Source: Phoronis australis (Eukaryota > Animalia > Phoronida). Taken from it: a DNA stretch of 64,000 nt. Under the pieces are notes generated by a model. It made no database searches, was not told the DNA's origin, and saw nothing but the letters and a program-made list of their open reading frames with translations. Shown in pieces: positions 27,701-39,700 of this stretch (the stretch's first letter is position 1; each line of letters starts with the position of its first letter). Location: contig NMRA01000622.1 of NCBI GenBank assembly GCA_002633005.1, forward strand, positions 30,344 to 94,343, written 5' to 3'. Both the position numbers and the translations under genes were made by a program.

Positions 27701-30700
27701 GGAGCGTTGAAATGCGCACACGAATGCACTGCTAACAGACGAGTGCGCTTCTAGGGGTGTTTATTTGGAATATAAAAATGGCAACTAGATGACACAAAAT
27801 ATGCTGAATTCATCTGAAACTTGTATGTGTCATCAAAGCTATTTACCAAGGCCTAATTTCTACAACTATCCTTAGAGTGGTTTGGTCGACAGAGGGGCAA
27901 GACGCCAAATAACAAGACTCGGAAACAGTAAAAATGGCCACAAAAAGGCAAAAAGCCTCGAATTTTTCCGAAAACCGGACGTTAACGTCACCTCACTCAT
28001 AGATGCCTAAGTACTAAATTTTATGAAAATCCATTGATGACCTTTTAAGATACCGAGGTAAACGTAAAAAACTAAAATTGCCACTATCAGGGGCACACCG
28101 ATAGCCCGATACGTCCGAAAGTCATCATCCTCAGTTGTCCACTTCATATATATACACCTGAAGCAAAATTCAATAAAGATCTTGAAGAGCATTTAGGAAA
28201 TACAGCCATGGGTGCAAAAACAAACAAAACTGCCACTAGGAGGCGCCATAGTAGTCCAAGTCATAGGAAAATCATCGTCAGCCGCCCTCTTCACAATTAT
28301 ATTCCAATTTTCAAAATCTTCCCTAGAGCGGTTTGGTTGATAGAACGGCGGACGCCAAAAACAGACACGAAAACAGCAAAAATGGCTACTATGTGGCCCT
28401 AAGTACCTTGAATCTGTCCGAAAACAAGAGGATGGCATCATCTCACTAATAGATGCCTAACTGCCAAATTTTATGAAAATCCGTTGAGGACCTCCGAAGA
28501 TACAGAGGTAAGCGTAAAAAAATAAAATTGCCACTAGGGGGAAAAACAGTAGTCGGAGAGATTCAAAATTTGTCGTCGTCTGTCTTCAGCTTCACAGGAA
28601 CACACTTGCCAAATCTCAAGATCCTATAAAGGGTTTAGGAGATACAGCTGCGGACGCCGGATGCCCAGACAGAGATGACGGCAATATGCGGCCACATATA
28701 AATAAGGGCGCATAAAATTGAATTTATGCAAGAAAACACTACCCCCCAAAGACAATTAACACATGCCTCATTAATTAAGGGTGCTAATCAAGCAATGATT
28801 TACCGCAATCTCTTTAATCCAGAGGGCAGTAGCTTATTTGAACTTTGAAATGCTTGTGCTGATGGCCATTTTCAACATTTGAGAAACATGATCAAGATGC
28901 CGTGAGAGGTTCATTACAGATCATTTAGCAGACTTAGTGCAGTTGGAAGAACTCTGGTTTCTAGGAATTTGTACGTAGAAAAATGAAGCACAGAATTTGA
29001 TGCAAACAAGTGATGACCAGGACATCTATTGAGAACATGACCCGTTTCGTGCAATGCATTATTTAAAGCTCCTGATTTCAACATCATCACTTTCAAACAG
29101 GTTGAAAGATTTCTAAATCAAAACATAAATGAATATGAACTTGTTTCGCAGAAATGGAGATTGCCAATTTAAAGGCTATATTGGGTAACAGAGCTATTTC
29201 ACAGTCACTACAAGGCGGAGAAAATGAACATGTCAAATCAATGTTAGGAAAAATTACTGCAAAGTACATTTAGCATTCCAGGAATAGCTGCAGCAAACAA
29301 GTAATAATGTCTTGTGAACACCAGGTGTATCTCTCTCACCATTTCACAAAGCTGCCACAATCCTTTTGCCTGACAGCAGGTGCCCCCTATTGGTACTTAC
29401 CTGTAGGCATCACCTCCAACACCAAGCGTGGGTAAGCAGTATTACTACAACCAGCAGGGTTACCACACACCTCGCGGCAGACATCAGGGTCAACACAGCC
29501 TACCTCATCTAAATTAATGGAAGATTAAAATATCCATTATACTGGCCAGGATAATGGTTTTGTCGGTCCAAACTTCAAAATCTCCGAAAAGTGATAAGAA
29601 AGAACTTCAGAGGCAACAACCAAAACTGCACTAGAAGTTAGAGCCAAACAAAAGATTTAAGTGTTAGGCAAGTTTCACCCAGAGATCAGTCAGCACACAT
29701 GAACATAATGCAATAGAAGTATGACCTTAGTGCAGAGAGCAAAAAACTGAATGGGAATTAAGCTCTATGGTTTTAATTCAATGAGAGACTTGATCAGATA
29801 AGAGAACTAGTGCTCACTGGAAGTCACATTGTCTGATATCAAGCAGTGTAGCTGTAGAAGAAAACCATGTTGATCGGGTGTTTCTCATGTTGCCTCAAAA
29901 TCTTGGATAGAATAGCATGACCTTACACTTTTGCAAGTTTCTCGCATCTAGGGAGATAGCGCAGGTGGTCACCATGTATTGAAACATAATATTGTGATTT
30001 ACTGATAATTAATCCAACAGGTTTAGAAACTGCAAATTCCCCATTTATGTCAAAACAATGACCAATAGAGTGGTTGGTCTAAGACATTGAAGAAACTAAT
30101 AACCACCAGAAATTTGTCACATACAATTTGGTTGATTACTTTTTGCAATTCAACTGACTGCTATTAATTTCGACATTAAGAGGTGTGGTCTATCTGTTCT
30201 AAACTATAATAATATATATGTCCAAAGTTCATGCATCAACCTAATCAAACTATTTGTGGCAACATTAAAATCACTGAATGTTTGCACCTAGCTATGTCAG
30301 ACTTTAATTATAATCATTGAATGTTTGTACCTAGTCACAGTGACTTCCATTATAATCACCGAATGCTTGTACCCAGTCATCATGCTTAACCCTAGCCATG
30401 TTGACTTTTATTAAGAATAATATAATCTCCGAATGTTTGTACCTAGCCACTGAATGATTTTCACTATTCAGTAGGAGTTTGTTAAAAATAATAGAGCCAC
30501 AACACATGGCCACAAGACACCGAAATATTAACAATTAAACATCTCCTGCTAACATCTAACTGCCTGTACTTCTTACATATGGTCCACCTAAAGTGCCAAA
30601 ACTAATCAGCCACAGTTTTCCTGACATGGCAGGTCATTTCAGTTCCACTGGTGGTGAATTCCACTTAAATATACTGATCAGTGGAGACTAGGCATTCCAC

Positions 30701-33700
30701 TTGACGCTCTGCCATCATGATAGGTAATTCTGGGTCATGTTGTCCGATTACTTTTGGCAATGTACATTGTATTGTGTGGTAGAAAAATTCTAATTAACTC
30801 CAGTCTCTGATGTTCACATCGCAACAATAAGCACTTTAATTTACTCTAAATTTAACAAAAATGTCATTTGCCAATTGGCCATCAGCATATGAGCAAATGT
30901 TGATTATTGCCACATGTACACAAATGACAATAGCTTTAGAGTTACTTGTACTCAGGCACTCATCTCTGAACTCAAAATCGACTCAGACAGTATTGAAATT
31001 TCTGCAATCACACTGCAAAAATAGAGGACAGTAAGTTGTACTTAAAGTGTCAGCTTTGCAACTGGTCAATAGTGGAGATTCAAGAACTAAAAGACCATGA
31101 CCAGATATGAGACAGTTTACCAACCTTTGAACAAAACTCTACTGATCATTCCCGGGATGACGATCATAAACATAGGGAACATCTTGAGGTATCCTGCCAA
31201 CAGAGTGCCTCCCTGAGCATGGGAGAGACTTTTAGCTGCCAGGGCACGTTGTACCATCATCTGTAACACACTAGATTATTACAAGTAGTGCCATGGCACA
31301 TACCATCATCTTAACACACTAGATTTATTACAAGTAGCGTCAGGGCACGTTATACCTTCATCTGTAACACACTAGATTATTACACGTAGTGTCAGGGCAC
31401 ATTATACCATCACCACCTGTAACACACTAGATTATTACAAGTAGTGTCAGGGCACGTTATACCATCATCACCTGTAACACACTAGATTATTACAAGTAGT
31501 GTCAACACGTTGTACCATCATCACAACTCCACAGTATTGCGTTGGTAAAAACAACAATGGCGGAGATGGTCTCCCACCCATAACATACAACCCCGAATTA
31601 CAGAAAAATATTTTAAAGAATTTTGGCTTGTTTCTTACAGGTATACTAAAGGCTATTAAATTTCTTAAGATTTGTTAATAAAATTCTTTTTGAGACACAG
31701 GGTCAGGGTAGGGACTTTTTTCTCTTTCCTGTTCAAAATTCTTTACAGCAGACAAGGATTAGAAACACAGAAATTACAAGTTTCGTAATAAGCACCTATT
31801 TTAGGATGAACACTACTATTTCTCAATGATTAAGCACAATTTCATCCACGTGATTCTGTAAGTGACTTGCATTATTCCTAGTTACATCAAAACAATTACT
31901 TACTTAATAAAATAAATTTCTTTTCTACTTGACATTTGAAAATTGAATTTTTTTTAAATAGCCACTCGTAGCACTAAAAATGCATGGAATTCACAGACAA
32001 AAATGCATCAATTTCTCAAACACAATCAGATTTTGACAATTTTTTATTTTGCACACTCGAAAAAATCAACTAAATAACCTTAAGAATATGAGATCCAGGC
32101 ACTTGGTAAGTGATGCAGATGGGCATGAGATGTCTTCAACATCTCTCGTGGCGCTTTTTATTGCCCATCTTTCCAGAGATTATTATTTTATCTTTATGTT
32201 ATTTGTACACTCATATTTCTGTACCTTATCAGTCATAATAAATGACCTTATATCACCTATACACGGTCTCCTTTGTATCTCTGGAAATGGAGCTTGCGAC
32301 GCACCTATTATTTTCGGGACATACTCTGAGCATAAATTATATTTTAGCCGGTAATAGTCAACTCTCGAATAATGGACCTTGATCGTGAGCAAAAGTTAAC
32401 AGGCACCTATAGTTTTATGATACAATGAGGTGTCATAAAGGATTGCATAGTAATTAGGTGACTAAGCAGCTGAACTGAATTCAATGGGTTATTGACAAAT
32501 TGTGTTCGCATTAGCAAATTCCAACCTTCAACAATCATCAAAGGACGGTCAATTTTTACGTGGACTGGGTTCCTCATGATCATTTTTGAAAACAAAACAG
32601 TTAACGTTATAATTCAAACAGTCTCAAAACTGGAAGGTAACATCACAATGTTACTTCTGATCAACGCTTTCCTTTACAATCATATAGTTTATCTCTCCAT
32701 TTTTGTGGCCAAGAACACGTGGTGCCTGTGAAAGTGTCATGAATGATCTAGAGGACCTTGTCAGAATCCATTCACTGACGAATGGCTTTGTAATAGGTGT
32801 GTGATTTCCAAGTTTGCCTTATGAAAAAACTTGAGGAAATTCTCATCCTGAAACTCATTGAGAACCTCATTGGATTCCAGTGAAATTTCAATGAGAATTA
32901 AACTAACTGAGATGCCAGTCAAATTAGTGAGAAAAAATCTATCTCTAGTGAGAACACACAGTTACTAGTGACAATGCAGTGACATTCGAATTTACATAGC
33001 ATTCCCACTAAGTGAGAATTCATTTTACTGAAAATCTCAGAGTGAAAATCTCACTGGGTGAGAATTTTGAACTTTTGTGTGTGCATTTTATAGCCATTGA
33101 CTGAATTAGATGAGAGTTCAAAGCTTTATTGGTGACCAAAATGCTGCTTACTTTTGTGAGTTTATTTTGAAATTTGACCAAAGGTACAATTTAATAAAAT
33201 TGAAAATTATGAAATACCGCAGACTTAAACTAACAATTTCAATACTTTTGGTGAATCAGCAAAATACTAAAAACTCAGCTGTCAATACAGAATGAAGACA
33301 CCAGTCTAATACTGGTGCTTCATGCACTCTACTAGATGTGGAATGTACTAACTTTAAGCTATTAACACAGAATTTCAGCCCAGGTTGCCATCTGGTTGAC
33401 TTGCAAACAAACTGTTCAGTAATTTCACAATATTTGTGAGAAAAACATAAACAATTTCAAGAGCTATTTCTCTACTTCATACCAACTGTTCATTCCTGGT
33501 GTCATTTTAGGAATTCAGATATCTGGTCCAACTGATATTTCCACAAGAACAGCCAATGAGTGTGTTTGTTTATCTTAAATTCTCACTGAATTCTTACTTC
33601 AGTTTTTGCAAGTCCAAATTCTCCCTCAATCCTCACTCAGAATTTTTCTACGTCTGAAATTCTCACTGGATTCTCACTCAGAATTTTCCTAAAACCCAAA

Positions 33701-36700
33701 ATTCTTACTGTTACATAATTTTTTCTGACTATTTTCTCACTGGAGTGAGATGCTCATTTTTTCATGAGGGTAAATTCAAGGATCAAAATGCAAGCATGAC
33801 CATTCATAGCCACACATCTCCACCATCTTCACTCCAGTTCATTGTCGTCAACTTGCTTGTGTCATGGTTTTCATCAGAAAAACACACTGCTCTCTAATCA
33901 CTTTTTTGTTTATTAATACCAACAAAAACTTCTAACTTGAATTATTATGTTGATGGCATAAGCTAATATTGTGTGAATGGTGTCAGACAAGGCAAAGTGT
34001 GTGCTACTTCATAGCAGAAACAAGCAGGGTCATGAGAGTCAGCTAGGAGTGCAACAGTAGCTAATGGGGCCAGAGATAAGAGAACTACCAGTGAAGGCAT
34101 GCAAGGGGATTAAGCCAAGATCAGTGAACTAGCACAGGTCATATGTAGGAGAGCAATACATCAAAGCAAGACCTAGTTACCTGTTTATATTTAGAACCAA
34201 GAATGTTACTCTGACCACAGTTGATGAAATAGACAGATGTTTGAGACTATAAGTTGTCCAATACCCCTTGCAGTTTTGATATTTATAGACAGTGTACATG
34301 TGTTAAAGCGCTACAATGAAGGCACTTTTAAAGAGGAGTTCTTGCATTTTTTAAGGAAATTTCCATCAATATGGCATAATTTATTTGCTCTGAAAGGTAT
34401 TTTTAATCTTTTAGTTGATTTTTTAAAAAATAAATATTAAATGATTTCAACAATTAATCAAACTGTAGCAAATATAGACCCTGATGTTGGCCAACACTGA
34501 ATCAAATAAACACAGAAAAATCAGGACCCTTAACTGGGAATCGAACCACAGATGTCTAGATTGCCAGTCTATTGCTCTTACACTAAGCTACTCAGGGCCT
34601 ATTCCTGCATGTGCAATTACTGTTTGCAGCCAACAGTTGTATCATCCGTACCATGAGTGGCATTTAGTCTTTTTCACATGGGATTTGGACAATTAGTGTG
34701 TGTTAATTAGATAAAGTAAATATAGTCGCTGATGTTGGCCAATAGTGAATCATATAACACAGAAAAATCAGGAACCTCAACGGGAATCGAACCACAGGTC
34801 TCTAAACTGCGGCTCTAGTGCTCTTACCACTGAGCTCCTGAGGACCCGATTTAGAGACCAGCAATTTAGAGACCTGCGGTTCAATGCCCAGTTGGGGTTC
34901 TTGATTGTTCTGTGTTATTTGATTCACTACTGGCCAACATCAGTGGCCATATTTACTATATCTAATTAACATAAACGTCTGGTAAATTGCTGATTAAATA
35001 ATTGTCCAAATCTCGCATGAAAAAGGTAAAATGTTGCTATGGGATGGATGACATGTGGTAAAGTCATGCGATTTTTGAATGTCCCGCCATTTTGGGACAA
35101 AAATAAATACTTCCAAAATTAATTTCCATGATCCATGAAATACGTAAAAGGTCCAAATTTCAGTTTTTCAGTGTTCATTAATTTCGCACTCCATTGATTA
35201 TCACCATCAAACTGATATCAGATAGTCCTCCATACGAAACACAATGCACTCAAACACAGAAAAAATAAGTTCACAAACGATTTTTGATAGTGACCTATGG
35301 ATAGCACAGAGAATTTTCACAGAAATAACTGGTAAAAATTGTGGAATGTGTTCATATCAGAGAAACAGATGATGCTCATCTGGAACTAGCAGTAGATGTA
35401 AATCATAATGCAGTGGACAACGTAACACAAGTAGAAACACTTAGGAAATTTGCAATTGACCATACCATGATTTTAACACATTTCACAAAGTAACTGAAGT
35501 GCCTTAGTTTGTGTAACTATGTACCTGATCAGCACACCAGTACCACATAGAAGCTGGCGTCTGTCCAAAGAGAAATCCAGGCCAGGGCATGTCTGAGTTG
35601 ACTGGGTCTCGCAGGATGATGAATGCGTCGTCCTTAGGCACTCCACATGTGGAATTGCTGGCGAGTGTGGTATTGGGTATGGCTAATGGATATTGTTGTA
35701 CCAGGCCTTGATAACCACCAACTCGAATGAAACCTTTAACAACAGCAAGGCAGAGCATTAAAACAAACCCCAGTGCATTGCTTATTAAGTGTGAAATTAA
35801 AAACCTACAGGCTTTATACTTTCTGAAAATGCATCACCTTATAAACTGGGTTTGGAATGTATTTGGCAACATGCAGAGATTTGTTGACTGGTGCTAGATA
35901 ACCTTAAGATTCCATAGGACCTTATTGACAACTTTGCGGAATATTTAACAAAATGTATAAAAAATATAGATTTTAACATTTCTGAAAGTGGAAAACCTGT
36001 AGAACTTGATCGAACTTTGATCAAAAAAGAAAGGGACATTGATGGCAAAACAATGTTACCAATAACATGACCAAATCCTATTTGATGTAAATATTCAAGA
36101 TGAGATCTAAAAATGCCATAAGAATTTTTGAAAAACATTTTTTCTTCATGCAAATCATGAAGTCTTGCAGGGGAGCATTTTAAGGACAATTATTAGCAGT
36201 GCTTTTAAGAACAATGCATAAAGCACAGCATCAATAACTTTCATGTGAACCCGATCAGCCATTTCTGAGATAAATATAAAACGAGAGCGCTCGGAGGAGC
36301 GACACTTGGCGGAACTAATCGAAAAGACGACGATGAGGGAGACGACGACAATCAAGACGATCAAGGCGGCAATTATGAATAAGACGATAACACGATAACA
36401 TTCATGTGACTAACGAAGAAATCAAATAGAGAGCAGACAATCAACTACAATAAAGAACAATAGATGGCCCAGCATGACGGACGAGTCTACAGTAGAACAG
36501 TGCTGGCTGGGTCAGTCTGGGTCAACTAGGGATAATCAAAACAAAGTGAACTGAAAGCCAGCCAGCTGCGCGCATACTAGTAGGTGACCGAAGGAACAAC
36601 GGTATCCGAAAATCTCAAATAATTCCAAAAGTAGACGTCGTAGCGCAAAATGGAAAATATCTCCTGAAAGCCCGTTCAAATCTCTATCTAAAGTGGTAGT

Positions 36701-39700
36701 TTGGCAAAAATCAAAAAAATTTTCGAGAAAATTGAAAATTTGCCGTTTTTTTTGAAATTCAAAGTCAAATAACTCGAAAACGGTAAGTCAGAGAAATACG
36801 CTCTCGCAGACTTTTTGAAAGGCCATACTTCAAGGAATCCACATGCAAAAATTCATGTCATTTGCTCTTCCCATAAAAAATGCGACACCAGAGCGATTGA
36901 AACCGTGTGAACATGCCCCACAGCCGCCATCTTGAAAGTGACTTCCGGTTCAATAATTTTTTATAAAAGCTTATTAAACTCAACAAACACGTGAACAGTT
37001 TGAAAGTGATTGCTTTGCAAATGCGCCCTCTACAGGAGAAAACGTTTTTAGCCATATTTCGGGGTGCCACCTTTCACCGGAAGTCAACGTTTTTCTGCAC
37101 AATTGCAGCACATGCGTTCTAGTATATTCGTGCCGATTTTCAGCAATTTAGGTCGAAAAATGCGGCCTCTACAAGTATTTGACTGTGAAATCGGATACAA
37201 AATGGCCGCCACGTCCGCCATTTTGTGTCCGATCATGACCAAAAACAATAGCGTTCCAGGGTTTCCCGATCTACAAGTTGTGTGCAAATTTCGTGAAAAT
37301 CGGACCAGAATTAGGACCTGTAGAGAGCGAACAAACAAAAAAAAAAACTTGCTGTCAGAGCAACATACTTGGCGGAAGAATTCCGCCAAGTAACTAGTTT
37401 TCCTTGCATTCTACATAACGTTAATTCAGTTCAATGACAAGAACAAAGAAACATACTCAGTATCATGAGGACCACTCCACCCAGCACCATGATGAAGGCC
37501 TGTAGTGTGTCAGTGTAAATGACTGCAGCCAGGCCACCTGAGGAAGCAAATTATAAGGAGATCAGAGATGTATACAAGTTCAGTAGCAGTATTGTGATTT
37601 TTTCCCAGTTCAGATGAGCAAAGACAAAGGTTTTAAAGTGACACTTAAAAACCTATGCTTATGGTACAATATATTAACTTTCACAACATCATCTATAATT
37701 CATTAAAGCTCTCATTTCAACCTGTTTAGCTGAAAAATACAAACATCAACTTGGGCCTTTTACTTAATTCAGTCTCATAATCAGAGCAATTTTGGAATTT
37801 TTAGGAAATGTCCAACCCAATATAGTTTAAGGCGATTGCATTTGATTTTGATGTTGGTAACAGAAATTGAATTGAATTGAATTGAGTTGTTGGCTCATTC
37901 GGCAACAATTAAAGATTTGGTGAGCAAAGTGCTTTGAATAAGAATTCAATATTGACAGTTTAAAAGTGGAGAAGTTCCTTTCATTTAAAACCCAAATAAT
38001 TCAACAACTTTTCTTATGCAATGTGTTTTCATGTCCCATAAAAGCCCAGGGCATTGCCCCTCACTGATAACAGTGACTATTGACCAAGATATGAAAAACA
38101 GAACTGCAAACAACAATTTTAGAAGCCAATAGTTCACACACTTATCTAAACCAGCTCAAGAGATACAGAGTGAATAAGGTTTGAGATACCCTAAATCTAA
38201 GTTTACAGCATACAGAATTTATTATATAACATCAAAATTACATTTGTGTCACCAGTAGGGCGGCTCTGGTCAAAAACAGGTACCGGGTACCCAGATTCAA
38301 TGAAACTGTTAATTCACACAAATCTGACAACCACATATTTACAGAACATTAATTATAAGTAGATCAACTTAATCATAACAAGATATTACATCTTTGAGAA
38401 GATGAATCAGATGACACATCCAACCATTTTCAACTTTGCAACAGGTAAGCTTAGGTTATGTCTAATAGGTCTGGACCTTACTGACTTGTCTCTGTCTCAA
38501 CAAAACTGCTAGATTTTAAGTTGGTAAAGGTATATATTTTCTAAAACTAGAAAGCCCAAAGAATTTGATTTGTGACTTTATACCAATCTGCTATTAATTG
38601 AATCACATGACTATGTATTTTTATTGAAAATTAGCAAAAAAGGCAAAAGCCACAGCAAAACAACTGTATCAATAATATGACCAAATCTTGCTCTAAATAT
38701 TCAAGACGAAATTTTAAAAGTACAGTAACTCTTATTTTTATAAATTATTGTTTCATTTTTGTTCAAGCAACATTTGATTTTTTTTCATAAAAATCATATT
38801 TTGACAGCCACCAATGCAAAAGTGGGAAGTTAAAAAAAATCCTAACAGTGTTTTGTTATTCGATAACAGTGTGTAACACATGGTTTCTGAAACTTTCATA
38901 TGAATCCAATTAGACATTTCTGATATAATGATGAAGTCAGCCAAATATCATGATGGCTCCTACAACACCTTACTATAGTATGCCATTTGCCAAATATGCC
39001 CAAGATCTGAATTTTACCTATTTATGACAACCTTTATAAGTTGCGCAGTCATATATCAAGCATAAGCGAAGCACAAGGCGATACAAGCTTCACTCGTAAT
39101 AAACTTGCCATTTACAGAACACAGTCTAGTTTTCAGTCATTCGGATGAAATTCGCCAATAACCCCCAGATCGTGAAGCCAAGGCACAGACAACACAAATC
39201 ATGCACCGTAGACAACAGAAACATGGGCACTGAGTCAAGGCAGTGAGAATGGCAAGTCACTACCAGCTCCTCATTTATGATTGACATGTATTCGCAAGCT
39301 AATTTCCAGAGATGAGAAGTCCATAACAATTCCTCACATAGAAATTCCTACCAACTGCTCATATAGGAGAAGTTCTTACCTACTCCTCACATAACAGGCA
39401 TCTCTAATAGTCTTCACAATAAGAAGTCCCTACCAACCCCTTACATAGATGAAGTCCTTAAAAACCCCTCAACAGACTTCCCTACCAACCCATCTTATAG
39501 TAGAAGTCCCTACCAAGTCCTAACAAAATTAGGAGACATCTCTGCCATTGACCCCTCATATAGGACATAGTCCCTACAAACCAATCATATTAGAGATGTA
39601 CCTACAAACCCCTCACATACAAGTTCCTACCAACGTCTCATACAGGAATAGTACCTACCAATCCTTCAAACAGGAGAAGTACCTACCAACCTCTCATACA

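Noticed and set aside
37366-37400. Rho-independent terminator-like hairpin
   Set aside because: Eukaryotic DNA; the stem is the Helentron sub-TIR and its inverted repeat, matching 36304-36314.
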